A stretch of DNA of 64,000 nucleotides from Patescibacteria group bacterium. GTDB lineage: Bacteria; Patescibacteriota; Microgenomatia; PFEM01; JAHIFH01. This document shows, one piece after another, positions 19,087-29,054 of this stretch. The notes under the pieces were generated by a model. It was not told the DNA's origin. It ran no database searches and saw nothing but the letters and a program-made list of their open reading frames with translations. Numbering within the stretch: the first letter of the stretch is position 1; each line of letters begins with the position of its first letter. A program made the translations under genes and the position numbers. The stretch covers positions 47,956 through 111,955 of the forward strand of contig DATKWU010000018.1 in assembly GCA_035529375.1 (NCBI GenBank), written 5' to 3'.

Positions 19087-20141
19087 TTTAGTCTATCCAA
19101 ATGAGTATAATTCCTAACGCCAGCGTAATTAATAACAGCCCATTTTCTATAAGCCCTCTCGCCATGAATCTCAACATGGCAATGCGAACAAACAGGAATA
19201 TAAACATTCTCAACGGCTACTCTTTCTTGATCAATCGGTACTAAAGGCCTCACAACATATTCCTCTCCATCACTAAGCATTCCTTTCCAGTAATAAAGCT
19301 CAGTCAAGGCTTGTGTTTCTGCTCCGGCACCACAAAGACATTGCGGATACATTGTAAAATACTCAATCTCTCTATTTTCTCTCTGAGCCCTTAAGACTTC
19401 TAAAATCGGTGGGAAAGCTTCTCCAGTAGCAAATCTTTCTATAAGTCCACCAGCATACTTTATACCCCTAGCGATAGCAATCTCAGGAATTGTTACCGCA
19501 GCTCTTTCTCTTTGGTAAAGATAAGGCAAAGCTTTAGATTTCCCAAAGGTTATCAAATTAATTTCATCCTGAATAAGCAAATCAACATTACATTTTCTAA
19601 CAACCTCTATAGCTTGAGCGATATCTTCCACCTCAATAAGTTCGACCGAATCAGGAAAAGCCTCAATCAACGACTGATGTCTATCTGCTTTTCTCGCTTT
19701 TGCTGGTCTCAAATGAATAACCTTCAATCCTCTCTTAGCAGCCTCATAGCCTAATCCGGCTAAAAATATACTTTTACCTCCCCTCATCCCTCCTCCTGCA
19801 TACAAAGCTTTGTAATCTGCATCTCCCTCCAAAAAACCATGTCTCTCAACAACAAGTTTAACCATCGCCTCGACCCGAGGACGAGTCTGCCAACCAAGTT
19901 CTCTGTCTGGAGCAAGATAATAATTAACTCCTTGTTCATCCATAATAATATGACCGAACTCGCCATCAACAACTTCAGCGGCTGGTCCTGGAAAAGGAGC
20001 CTCTTCTTCCATAAAAGAAGGTAAAGGTTTTTCCTTTATCTTTGGATCAAAACTTTCAAATCTAATCGACCCTGACCAATGCAAATCAAGATCCTGCTTC
20101 ATTTCAGAAAATCTTGTACAAGGACTATTTTCGGGTGTCAC
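19083..20141 (-). CDS. TK1-family thymidine-kinase-like P-loop protein with ~110-aa N-terminal extension
   Basis: P-loop GGGMRGGKS, a DE box (LLIQDEINLITF) and a C-terminal zinc-ribbon-like CLCG...CSHCH. It is translationally coupled to tmk. The assignment is tentative. Confidence 0.45.
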   Translation of the reverse strand: MTPENSPCTRFSEMKQDLDLHWSGSIRFESFDPKIKEKPLPSFMEEEAPFPGPAAEVVDGEFGHIIMDEQGVNYYLAPDRELGWQTRPRVEAMVKLVVERHGFLEGDADYKALYAGGGMRGGKSIFLAGLGYEAAKRGLKVIHLRPAKARKADRHQSLIEAFPDSVELIEVEDIAQAIEVVRKCNVDLLIQDEINLITFGKSKALPYLYQRERAAVTIPEIAIARGIKYAGGLIERFATGEAFPPILEVLRAQRENREIEYFTMYPQCLCGAGAETQALTELYYWKGMLSDGEEYVVRPLVPIDQERVAVENVYIPVCSHCHVEIHGERAYRKWAVINYAGVRNYTHLDRLK

Positions 20142-20203
20142 AAATTATTAATTCCTTTCTGGGCAGAAAAGAAATAAAAAGGAAGAGTCTAATGTTTTTA
20201 TTT

Positions 20204-21631
20204 TTAGCCCTTATCCTTTTGCGAGTCAAGACTTAAAGTTTCTTCAACTCCTGCTCGCCATTGTTGATAAATCTCTGGATGACCACAGGATTTTGATTCT
20301 TGACACTTACCTTTGTAACAACTAGGTCCAAGCTCTTCAAATAATTCTGGGTAATTTTTAATTGAAACCTCGGCAATCTGAAACATCCAATCACGACTTT
20401 CCCATTGGGCTCTATCACAGAGTCTTCGCTTACCAATATGAAGAATATCAGTGGCATTGGTCACTAAAAACGTAGGTACACTAATCATAACAAGAACCCC
20501 ATGATCAAGTTCTGGCTCCGGAAAACCCAACTCCCGGCCTTTTCCGATAAAAGCCTTTGATAAGCCCAAAGTTTGGAGAAATAATTCTTTGGCTCTGGGA
20601 TTGGCCTCAATTGAAGGCGGAATAACCACCTGATACCTTTTAGCGGCCTCCCAAATCGTCATTGCCCGTCTAATAGGAATTCTATGTCTCCTTATTTCTT
20701 GACCATTAGCTTCACTCATCGCTCCCATAACCAGAAAATGAGGATGTTCAGTCACAGAGGTATGGCCTGATTCAATAATATTCTCTAAAACCCTTAACTG
20801 TTCTTCTCTAGAAAAATCGGTAACAAATTCTGAAGGCGGTTTCTCCTGCCAGCAAGTCTTGGCCGCAACCGCCGCTCGGCCAACTGGATTGAAACTTAGA
20901 GGATGAACAATCACCTCGCCTTCATAACCATATAAATAAGCGGCTCTCATCTCTTCGATTCTCATCCGGTCCTCAAAACTAATTCCTTCTTGCTTAGCTA
21001 CCCTTTTTAAATTTTCAATCGTCATTGGTAACTCTTGACCTAAAGTTTGAAGAACCTCCTCAGCCATATCCCTCATCGCCTGATAGGGTGAATTCAAATT
21101 GTCAATGGCAAAATCAACTAATTTCGGTCCTTGAATGGTAACCACCATATTCGAATCAAAAGACCAAGGAAAAACATAACGAGCGTCTTCTTTAGGAATT
21201 CCCATTTCAACCATCTGATTATAAGCAGCCATTGCTTGGTTCGCTAATTCCAAAAATTGGCCTTCAAACTCAGTTCCCATAATGCATTTAGGAGGATGAA
21301 TCCTGCTAAGATCACCTTTTTCAATATTAATTCTCGCATAACGCCATGACTGGGCGCTGTAAACATCCCTGCCTAAGGTAATTAAATCATGGTCTAATCT
21401 TGGAATATGTTCCAAAGAAAAGCCAACTACGATTCCGGCCAAGGCTTGTCTTAGACCTTCAGCGTTAAAATATTTTTCCGAAACCATTTGTTCAAGAGTA
21501 TCTCTTAATTCAGGCGAACAGCCAATTTCCATCTCTTTAACATGGGCTTCTTCAGGAGGAAAAGGAGATTCGGCTCTAAGACAATAAAGTTCACCTAAAA
21601 GTGGCTCTCTTCCTAATTCTGGCGAGGTCAT
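20204..21631 (-). CDS. thyX: Flavin-dependent thymidylate synthase ThyX, tandem/pseudo-dimeric form (475 aa)
   Basis: C-terminal half carries GHTSVTEH and RHR-x7-T motifs plus QWESRD. The N-terminal half carries a second, degenerate ThyX-like segment (EDARYVFPWSF...). Confidence 0.75.
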   Translation of the reverse strand: MTSPELGREPLLGELYCLRAESPFPPEEAHVKEMEIGCSPELRDTLEQMVSEKYFNAEGLRQALAGIVVGFSLEHIPRLDHDLITLGRDVYSAQSWRYARINIEKGDLSRIHPPKCIMGTEFEGQFLELANQAMAAYNQMVEMGIPKEDARYVFPWSFDSNMVVTIQGPKLVDFAIDNLNSPYQAMRDMAEEVLQTLGQELPMTIENLKRVAKQEGISFEDRMRIEEMRAAYLYGYEGEVIVHPLSFNPVGRAAVAAKTCWQEKPPSEFVTDFSREEQLRVLENIIESGHTSVTEHPHFLVMGAMSEANGQEIRRHRIPIRRAMTIWEAAKRYQVVIPPSIEANPRAKELFLQTLGLSKAFIGKGRELGFPEPELDHGVLVMISVPTFLVTNATDILHIGKRRLCDRAQWESRDWMFQIAEVSIKNYPELFEELGPSCYKGKCQESKSCGHPEIYQQWRAGVEETLSLDSQKDKG

Positions 21632-21665
21632 TCTGTCCTTTCTACTACTGATAACTGGCAGAAAA

Positions 21666-22121
21666 CTATTTCTTCTTTTGGGGTAGTTTAGTTAATTTAA
21701 TCTTCGCTTGTCTTAAAAGTTTTTTTGTTTCCGGATCAGGTCGATAGACTCGACGATAAACAATTTTTTCAATGCCAGCATTAATCAAAACTTTAGCACA
21801 ATTATAACAAGGAAGCCAGTTAACATATAAAGTCGAACCATTAGTGGAAACGCCGTGATAAGCCGCTTGAACAACAGTATTGACTTCAGCGTGAACTGTC
21901 CGAACACAGTGACCACCCCTCACCAAACAACCCTTAGCATAACAATCAGGAATACCCTTAGGGGCGCCACAATAACCAGTAGAAATAATTTTCTTATCCT
22001 TGACCAAAATGGCGCCAGCATGAAGACGTTGGCAAGTCGCCCGAGTTGAAACTAAATCAGAGATTTGAAGAAAATAATCATCCCAAGAAGGTCGGAAGTT
22101 TTTCTTTCTTTTGCCTGCCAT
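21666..22121 (-). CDS. dCMP deaminase (ComEB-like)
   Basis: HAE...PCYNC zinc-binding deaminase motifs. 151 aa. Confidence 0.8.
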   Translation of the reverse strand: MAGKRKKNFRPSWDDYFLQISDLVSTRATCQRLHAGAILVKDKKIISTGYCGAPKGIPDCYAKGCLVRGGHCVRTVHAEVNTVVQAAYHGVSTNGSTLYVNWLPCYNCAKVLINAGIEKIVYRRVYRPDPETKKLLRQAKIKLTKLPQKKK

Positions 22122-22199
22122 CTGTTATTTGATAACAGATAAAGAAAATCTTTGTCAACTAGCAAAAGATAAAATTAAAGAAAAATAATAGCAATATTT

Positions 22200-24164
22200 T
22201 TACTTTGGTTTTGTCCAAGAAGCCCAATCACATTTAGGGTAATTGGAGCAACCATAAAATTGTTTGCCTTTTCTAGTTTTCCTGACCACAATTTCCCCAC
22301 CACATTTTGAACACTTGACTCCTTTAAGTTTCGGCACATAAGGAGCCGTGTATTTACATTCTGGAAACCGGGAACAGGACAAAAACTTACCAAACCTGCC
22401 AATCCGAATCACTAGTTTCCCTTGTTTGCATTCCGGACATTTTTCATCAGTGACTTCAGTAGGAATTTGAACCCGCTCGGCCACTTGAGCTACTCCCTCA
22501 AGCTGTTTTTCAAAAGGCTGGTAAAATTCTTTAATGACTGGCACCCATTTTCTTTTACCATTAGCAATTTCATCTAATTCATCTTCCATCTTGGCGGTAA
22601 AATCATAATCAACAATTTCCGAAAAATATTCGACCAAAAAATCATTAACCGTGGTCCCTAAAGGGGTTGGCTGAAAAAGACCTTCTACCTTTTCCACGTA
22701 TTGACGAGTCTGAATCGTAGAAATGATGGGAGCGTATGTCGAAGGCCGACCAATGCCTCTTTCTTCTAAAGCTTTAATTAAAGAAGCTTCGCTGTATCTG
22801 GGTGGCGCCAGGGTGAATTTTTGTTTGGGATTAAGCTTAACCAAATCTAAATCATCACCTTTTTTAACTTCGGGCAATTCCATCCCTCCCTCTGGCTCCT
22901 GCCGATTATCAAGAATTAACCAACCAGCAAATTTAATAATCTTGCCTTCACTGGTTAAAAGATAAATATTTTTCTTAGAAGTGGCTTGGGTTTTAATCTT
23001 CGTTTTATCCCAAAGAGCGGCTTTCATCTGCGAAGCCAAAGCCCTTTTCCAAATCAATTCATAAAGACGTTGTTCTTCACGACCTAATTTTTCAGAAATT
23101 TTATTAGGCGCTCTTTGGATATCAGTCGGTCTAACCGCCTCGTGGGCCTCTTGAGCCACCTTGGATTTAGTTTGATAAAAATAAGGCTTCTCCGGAACAT
23201 ATTCCTTCCCATAAGTACTATTTATATAGGCGCGCATCTTTTCGACGGCTGACTGAGCCAAATTAAAGGAATCAGTCCGATGATAGGTAATCAAACCTTT
23301 TTCATAAAGACGCTGGGCCGCATACATCGTTCTCTTACTGGAAAAACCTAAACGCCGAACCGCATTCTGTTGTAAAGTGGAAGTACTAAAAGGCGGCAAA
23401 GGTCTTTGTTTAACTTCTTTTCTTTCAACCTCGTAAACCTCGTAATTAGCCTTCTTCAAATCATCAACCATTTCTCGAGATTGAGTTTCATTCTCAATCT
23501 TGACTGTCTGGCCATTTTTCTTAATTAATTTGGCTTCAAAAATAGGGGCGTCCTTTAATTGACCACCAAGAAGCTTCTTTAATTTAGCCCAAATCTCCCA
23601 ATATTCTTCAGGAACGAATTTTTCAATCTCTCTTTCCCGATCAACAATCAAACGAACGGTCACTGACTGAACCCGACCAGCTGATAAACCCCGTCGGATT
23701 TTGCGCCAAAGGAGAGGGGAAAGTTTATAGCCAACTAGCCGATCAAGAATCCGCCGGGCTTGCTGGGCATGAACCAAATCAAGGTTAACTTTCTTAGGAT
23801 CAGCCAAAGCTTTTTCAATTGCCTCTTTAGTAATCTCATGGAAAACAATTCGAGCTAAATCATCGGCTTTTCTTTTAAGAATATAGGCAATATGGAAGGC
23901 AATCGCTTCACCTTCGCGATCCGGGTCAGTCGCCAAAAAAATCTTCTTAGCTTTTTTAGCGGAATCTTTAATTTTCTGAATCGCTTCTTTCTTCTGAGGT
24001 ACCAAAGCATATTCAGGTTTAAAGTCTTTTTCGACGTCAATACTTAATTTCTTTTTAGGCAAATCCCGAATATGACCCATCGTCGAAACCACCTGATAAC
24101 CTTTACCCAAAAAGCGAGTTAAAGTTTTTGATTTCGTTGGTGACTCAACAATAATTAAATTCAT
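22200..24164 (-). CDS. topA: DNA topoisomerase I
   Basis: Toprim N-terminus (LIIVESPTKSKT) and C-terminal C4 zinc ribbons. Confidence 0.9.
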   Translation of the reverse strand: MNLIIVESPTKSKTLTRFLGKGYQVVSTMGHIRDLPKKKLSIDVEKDFKPEYALVPQKKEAIQKIKDSAKKAKKIFLATDPDREGEAIAFHIAYILKRKADDLARIVFHEITKEAIEKALADPKKVNLDLVHAQQARRILDRLVGYKLSPLLWRKIRRGLSAGRVQSVTVRLIVDREREIEKFVPEEYWEIWAKLKKLLGGQLKDAPIFEAKLIKKNGQTVKIENETQSREMVDDLKKANYEVYEVERKEVKQRPLPPFSTSTLQQNAVRRLGFSSKRTMYAAQRLYEKGLITYHRTDSFNLAQSAVEKMRAYINSTYGKEYVPEKPYFYQTKSKVAQEAHEAVRPTDIQRAPNKISEKLGREEQRLYELIWKRALASQMKAALWDKTKIKTQATSKKNIYLLTSEGKIIKFAGWLILDNRQEPEGGMELPEVKKGDDLDLVKLNPKQKFTLAPPRYSEASLIKALEERGIGRPSTYAPIISTIQTRQYVEKVEGLFQPTPLGTTVNDFLVEYFSEIVDYDFTAKMEDELDEIANGKRKWVPVIKEFYQPFEKQLEGVAQVAERVQIPTEVTDEKCPECKQGKLVIRIGRFGKFLSCSRFPECKYTAPYVPKLKGVKCSKCGGEIVVRKTRKGKQFYGCSNYPKCDWASWTKPK

Positions 24165-25249
24165 TTCTTTATTGAATATAACATATTACCCAAATTTTTG
24201 ATTTGACCCTTGATTTCCATCAAACTTATAAGCTTCATTACCTGACCAGGATCAAAACCTGATTCCTGGACAATCTCCTCAATAGATTTTGCCTGACTCT
24301 TAAGTAAAAATAAAATCACTTCTTCTTCAGGATTTTCAGCAACTATTTCCTTTAATCTTTTAATTCTAGTCTCTTTGTCAAAACCTAACTCTTCTAAAAT
24401 ATCATCAACCTCAAAAACAAGTTTGGCTCCCATCTTAATTAAATAAGCCGGACCAGCCGCATTTGGCGAAGTAATCGGACCGGAAACAGCAAAAACCTCC
24501 CGGCCTTGTTCGGCCGCATGACGGGCGGTAATTAAAGTCCCAGATTTTTTCGGCGCTTCAATTACCAATGTCCCTAAAGATAAACCAGAAATAATCCTAT
24601 TCCGGGATGGAAAACTGCCTGGCGTGGGTCTCACCCCTAAAGGAAATTCGGAAACAACTGCTCCATGATCCTTAGTAATCTCCTGAACCAAACCAAGATT
24701 CTCAGGCGGATAAACCAAATCCAAACCACAAGCCAAAACGCCAATTGTCCGACCACCAGCTTTTAAAGCAACCCTATGAGCCAAAGAATCAACCCCGCGA
24801 GCTAATCCAGAAACAATCGTCAAACCGGCTTTTACCAGTCCCTTAACCAGGTTTTCCGTCACCTGATAACCGTAATTTGTCATCCTTCTTGTACCTACCA
24901 CCGCCATTGCTAATTTGTCTCGAGGACTGATAGTGCCTTTACTATATAACACAAATGGCGGATTATCTGTCTTTTTTAAGCTTTCTGGGTAACGATTATC
25001 ATCTAGAAAATAGCACTCTATTTCATTTTCACGCAACCGAAGAAAATACGAATCTGGATTAAAGTCACGCCTGAATCTAACCAACCGAGAAGTTAATTTT
25101 GGTCCCAAACCAATCGCCAACAACTCCCCTTTCTTGGCTTGCCAAGCTTTTTTAGCCGAACCAAAATAATTTTTAAGAAGAGCAAATCTTTTAGGACCAA
25201 TTCCCTCAAAAGCCGAAAAAGCTAACCAAGACAATCTCTCTTCATTCAC
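24161..25249 (-). CDS. dprA: DNA processing protein DprA/Smf
   Basis: Rossmann-like core (GTRRMTNYG...SGLARGVDSLAH). 4-nt overlap with topA. Confidence 0.85.
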   Translation of the reverse strand: MNEERLSWLAFSAFEGIGPKRFALLKNYFGSAKKAWQAKKGELLAIGLGPKLTSRLVRFRRDFNPDSYFLRLRENEIECYFLDDNRYPESLKKTDNPPFVLYSKGTISPRDKLAMAVVGTRRMTNYGYQVTENLVKGLVKAGLTIVSGLARGVDSLAHRVALKAGGRTIGVLACGLDLVYPPENLGLVQEITKDHGAVVSEFPLGVRPTPGSFPSRNRIISGLSLGTLVIEAPKKSGTLITARHAAEQGREVFAVSGPITSPNAAGPAYLIKMGAKLVFEVDDILEELGFDKETRIKRLKEIVAENPEEEVILFLLKSQAKSIEEIVQESGFDPGQVMKLISLMEIKGQIKNLGNMLYSIKK

Positions 25250-25288
25250 CCTTCTAGAATAACATAAGAAGTTTCTTGCAAAAAAGTA

Positions 25289-25329
25289 GCGAGGTTTAAC
25301 GCTTTTCCATTCGAATGGAAAGACCTCGC
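25289..25329 (-). terminator. Hairpin (GCGAGGT...16-bp palindrome TTCCATTCGAATGGAA...ACCTCGC) followed by a T-run on the minus strand
   Basis: It lies immediately downstream of the 25343..25774 minus-strand gene and is followed on the minus strand by CTTTTTTGC. Confidence 0.45.
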
Positions 25330-25342
25330 AATAACGTACACT

Positions 25343-25774
25343 TTACGGGTGTAAACCGTTTTCTTGAACTTGAATCGAAACCAATTGGTTTGACGGTTGA
25401 TCTGGATGAGGATCTGTTATTCTCCAGACCAAACAGAGAAGAATCATAGCGATGACCCGATTCGGCTGGCAGTTGAGTATGTCATCTACTAACCAGAAGG
25501 CAATCGGATACGAAACCAGCCCGCTGATGAAAATGTAGAAGCTGGTTCTGGCTATGATTCTATCCGTCATCGTCAACCCAATGACTCCAGTCATGATGAA
25601 GAGGAGTGGGATCAAGATCATATAGAAAAGCACAGGCACCTCCCATAGGAGATGAATGCTAATCTCTCTCATCTGAACCCACCTCAGCCAGGTGCTGAAG
25701 ATATGATACTCGAATATCACAGCAGCACCTATCAGACTGAAGTAGTAGAGTCCCGCCAGTACCTTCTTTCTCAT
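25343..25774 (-). CDS. Hypothetical integral membrane protein (GC-rich islet)
   Basis: 143 aa with about 4 predicted TM helices. Local GC is elevated (~48%). Confidence 0.45.
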   Translation of the reverse strand: MRKKVLAGLYYFSLIGAAVIFEYHIFSTWLRWVQMREISIHLLWEVPVLFYMILIPLLFIMTGVIGLTMTDRIIARTSFYIFISGLVSYPIAFWLVDDILNCQPNRVIAMILLCLVWRITDPHPDQPSNQLVSIQVQENGLHP

Positions 25775-25789
25775 CTCTCCCCCTCTCCC

Positions 25790-26077
25790 TTAGTAGGAAT
25801 TCTTCACCATGAAATAGTGGCAAGCAGCCGCTCCCGAGGCAATGCTCGCAACAATCAGGACCATTCTCGGGATATAGCGCCAAGCTAACGCAGGGTCTCT
25901 TAGTATGAGGAGAAACAGGATTATTCCCATGGCCAAGAGTCCAAATATGCCACCCCACATGAACATTCGATATGGCGGCATTGGCGAAGGGTAACCTATC
26001 TTGTCTATCCTCCAGTAATTGAATGCTGCTACGAATAAACAACCGCCCGCGAAACCCTTCAGTAGATCCCAAAGCAT
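25790..26077 (-). CDS. Hypothetical small membrane protein (GC-rich islet)
   Basis: 95 aa with 2-3 TM helices. A strong SD (AAAGGAGGGAGGGG) lies upstream, and TATAAT at about 26140. Confidence 0.45.
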   Translation of the reverse strand: MLWDLLKGFAGGCLFVAAFNYWRIDKIGYPSPMPPYRMFMWGGIFGLLAMGIILFLLILRDPALAWRYIPRMVLIVASIASGAAACHYFMVKNSY

Positions 26078-26158
26078 GGTCCCCTCCCTCCTTTAGTTTA
26101 CTTTTGAGTGTGCTAAAATCTAATATAAATAGTATTCTATCAATTATTATAGGATTTG

Positions 26159-27832
26159 TCAATCAGTTTTAAACCAGACCTCCATTACTTCTTTGACAAT
26201 CGGCGCGGCCACATAAGAACCCTCGCCTCCAGCTTCTACTAGAGCGGTAACGACAATTTCTGGATCATCCACCGGCGCAAAAGCGGTTAACCAAGCATGA
26301 GTTCTGTCTTCAGGATCGCCAAATTCAGCCGTTCCGGTTTTACAGCCTACTTGAGGACTAAAATCAAAGAAAGGAAAAGCGGTCCCTTCAGGCGAACAAG
26401 CTTCTTTCATTCCCTCTTTGATTAATTTCAAAGTTTCCGGTTTTAGTTTTAAATCCACACATTCAGCAGTCTGATCTCCTTGTTTGATTTTGGGTGAACA
26501 AAGCTTGCCATTATTGGCAATGACACTGGTCATCATATTAACCTGCAGAGGTGTTGTTAACAGGTCTGCCTGACCAATGGCAAAATGATAAGTATTGCCT
26601 AAAAACCATTTTTCGCCAATGGTTTTTTCTTTCCATTCTGGTGTCGGCACTAAACCCTTAACCTCTCCTTTCAAATCAATTCTCGTTTCCCGACCCAAAC
26701 CAAACGCCTTACCCCACTCTGCTAATTTATTGGCCCCTACCCACTCGCCAATTTTGTAAAAGAAAGTGTCGGTTGAACGTTTAATCGCCCTGACTAAATT
26801 AATTTCTCCTTCGGTTCGACCGTATTGAGTGTAATACCAATTCTTGTAAATGTAATCACCAATCTGAATAAAACCTTGGTCTTCATAAACAGTTCCTTCA
26901 TCAACTTTACCCTCCTCAATCCCCGCCGCTACCGTCACAATTTTAAAGGTTGATCCAGGTGGATAAGCCCCACTAATGGCCCGATTAAACATGGGTTTTG
27001 ACTCATTAATTAAATCTTCAGACTTAATCTGATTAGGATCAAAGGAAGGCGAAGAAATGAGTACAATAACTTGGCCGGTTTTAACTTCAGTAACCACCAC
27101 GACCCCTGGTCTGCCTTTTAAGGCCTGGTAAGCTACTTTTGAGAGCTGGGCATCAAGGGAAAGATGAAGATCTTGACCTGGCAGAGATTCTGTCCGACCA
27201 ATTTCCCGAACCCGATTCCCGGCCGTGTCCACTTCATAGATAACACCACCATCCTGACCCCGTAGAATCTTCTCATACTCTTCCTCAATTCCGGTCCGAC
27301 CCACCAAATCACCTAATTGCCATTGATTTTTTCTGACTTCCTCTTCACTCGCCTCGCCTAAGTAACCTAAGACATGGGCCAGAGCCTGACCATAAAGATA
27401 ATCTCGACCGACATCTAAACGCAAATCTGCTTCCTTTTTCCCACCAGCCACCTCAATCCTCAAAGCTTCCTCACGACTAATTTCCTCAAAGCAATCCCCT
27501 TCTTCCAAATCACAATTTTCTTTTTTCAATCGGTAAACCGGTTTGTTTTTAATTAAAGGCTTTCCCTGACGATCATAAATCATTCCCCTGGGCGCCGGAA
27601 TGATTTCTTTTTTAATCCGATTCTCCTCAGCTAAAAGCCTATTTCTGGCGCCAAGAATAATCTGCAATTCAAAAAGACGACCAATTAACAATAAAAAACA
27701 AATAATTAAAAAACCATAGAAAAAATAGATTCTGCCTAAAGAAAACCTATTACCTTGTCTATTTTCTATATCTGATTCTGTCAGAAAAGAAGAATCAGGT
27801 TTAGCGGTGATATCTGTAGAAAGTTTCCTCAT
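26159..27832 (-). CDS. mrdA: Peptidoglycan D,D-transpeptidase PBP2
   Basis: STFK active-site motif (PPGSTFKIV), dimerisation and transpeptidase domains. Follows mreCD. Confidence 0.85.
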   Translation of the reverse strand: MRKLSTDITAKPDSSFLTESDIENRQGNRFSLGRIYFFYGFLIICFLLLIGRLFELQIILGARNRLLAEENRIKKEIIPAPRGMIYDRQGKPLIKNKPVYRLKKENCDLEEGDCFEEISREEALRIEVAGGKKEADLRLDVGRDYLYGQALAHVLGYLGEASEEEVRKNQWQLGDLVGRTGIEEEYEKILRGQDGGVIYEVDTAGNRVREIGRTESLPGQDLHLSLDAQLSKVAYQALKGRPGVVVVTEVKTGQVIVLISSPSFDPNQIKSEDLINESKPMFNRAISGAYPPGSTFKIVTVAAGIEEGKVDEGTVYEDQGFIQIGDYIYKNWYYTQYGRTEGEINLVRAIKRSTDTFFYKIGEWVGANKLAEWGKAFGLGRETRIDLKGEVKGLVPTPEWKEKTIGEKWFLGNTYHFAIGQADLLTTPLQVNMMTSVIANNGKLCSPKIKQGDQTAECVDLKLKPETLKLIKEGMKEACSPEGTAFPFFDFSPQVGCKTGTAEFGDPEDRTHAWLTAFAPVDDPEIVVTALVEAGGEGSYVAAPIVKEVMEVWFKTD

Positions 27833-28260
27833 TGAAGTCTAAGTTGCTTGCGATCAATCCGACCAACCAAAAAGACTAAAAGATATCTGGCTCCTAAAGC
27901 CACCAAAGCCAAGATTAAACTCTCAAACCAGAACCAATAATGAGAGAAAATAAACCTATAAACCAAAGAACTAAAGAAAACAAAAACCGGTAAAAATAAA
28001 GGATAGAGTGAATCAAAACGCCGTGAATAAAGGGAAAGAAGAAAAACAACTACCAGGAAAATTAAACTCGAAAGACCAAGAGGCATACCCTTAGCCAAAT
28101 CAAGTAACAAACCTGAAAAAAAAGCCACCAGAAAAACTTCTTTAGTTGGCCGAAAGATTGCCCAAGCAAGAACTAAAAGCAAAACCAAATTAAGCCTTAA
28201 AAAAGCACCCTGTAAAATAGCTAAGAAAAAAACCAGAATTAGAATTAAATAGGGCTTCAT
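27829..28260 (-). CDS. mreD: Rod shape-determining protein MreD (polytopic membrane protein)
   Basis: 143-aa multi-TM protein placed between mreC and mrdA with 4-nt overlaps. Confidence 0.55.
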   Translation of the reverse strand: MKPYLILILVFFLAILQGAFLRLNLVLLLVLAWAIFRPTKEVFLVAFFSGLLLDLAKGMPLGLSSLIFLVVVFLLSLYSRRFDSLYPLFLPVFVFFSSLVYRFIFSHYWFWFESLILALVALGARYLLVFLVGRIDRKQLRLQ

Positions 28261-29054
28261 GGTATGACCAAGAAAACAAACCTTAATGACGAATAATCAA
28301 GTAAAGGAGAAACTACGGCCTGCTGATAAATCTCGGCTGTGCCTTTGTTCACTTCCTTGATCTGACCAATGACTAAATCAGGCAAGTAGCCTTCTTCGCC
28401 AGAAGTGACTATCAAATCACCTTGACGAATATCTTCTTCTTGTAAAACCCGTTCCAAAACCAATTGACCCCCAAATTTACCAATCAATAAACCTCGGGCT
28501 TGAAAACCAGTGGCCCCAGGTTGTTTAATCACCACCGGTATTCTTGAATTAGGGTCAGTGGGTAACTGGACCAAACTTTCTCTTTCATTAACCATAACCA
28601 CTCGACCCACATAAATATTTTCTGAAACTAGATTCATGCCTACCTCAACCTCCTTACTCCTCCCTAAATCAATCTTCAGTTGTTCAGTCAAACCAATCAC
28701 CCTAACCATTTTAAACTGCCAAGCTGAAGGTAAAGATGTTCCCAAAAGTTTTTTCAAGTATTCGTTTTCCTCAAGGCAAGTAGTTAATTTATTTTGATCA
28801 AGAGCCAATTGACGCAATTCAACCTGAAGTTCAGCAATCTGCTGACTTTCATTTCGATCAGCCAATTGATTAAAAGACTGATTAACAGATTGATAGACTG
28901 AATAAAAAGGACGTTCAATAAACAAAAAAGGTCTTTCGAAAAAACCTGTCACTCCGGTTAGCCAACCAAAATAATCAAACAAAAAGAAAAAAATAGAGAT
29001 AAAAACTAGAAGTAAAAAGAAAGGAAAAATTTTCCTTAAAGAATCGTTACTCAT
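28257..29054 (-). CDS. mreC: Rod shape-determining protein MreC
   Basis: TM, coiled-coil and C-terminal beta domain (GDLIVTSGEEGYLPDLVIGQI). Confidence 0.7.
   Translation of the reverse strand: MSNDSLRKIFPFFLLLVFISIFFFLFDYFGWLTGVTGFFERPFLFIERPFYSVYQSVNQSFNQLADRNESQQIAELQVELRQLALDQNKLTTCLEENEYLKKLLGTSLPSAWQFKMVRVIGLTEQLKIDLGRSKEVEVGMNLVSENIYVGRVVMVNERESLVQLPTDPNSRIPVVIKQPGATGFQARGLLIGKFGGQLVLERVLQEEDIRQGDLIVTSGEEGYLPDLVIGQIKEVNKGTAEIYQQAVVSPLLDYSSLRFVFLVIP

Noticed and set aside
22175-24040. Small nested ORFs inside topA (22175..22402, 22723..22965, 23855..24040) and similar nested ORFs inside dnaX, proS, rseP, PBP2, the large Cys-rich protein and the radical SAM gene
   Set aside because: They lie wholly within strongly supported long genes in alternative frames or strands.
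25659-26162. 167-aa minus-strand ORF spanning both small membrane-protein genes in another frame
   Set aside because: It overlaps two better-supported genes that have an SD and TM helices. GC-rich sequence tends to produce long spurious frames.
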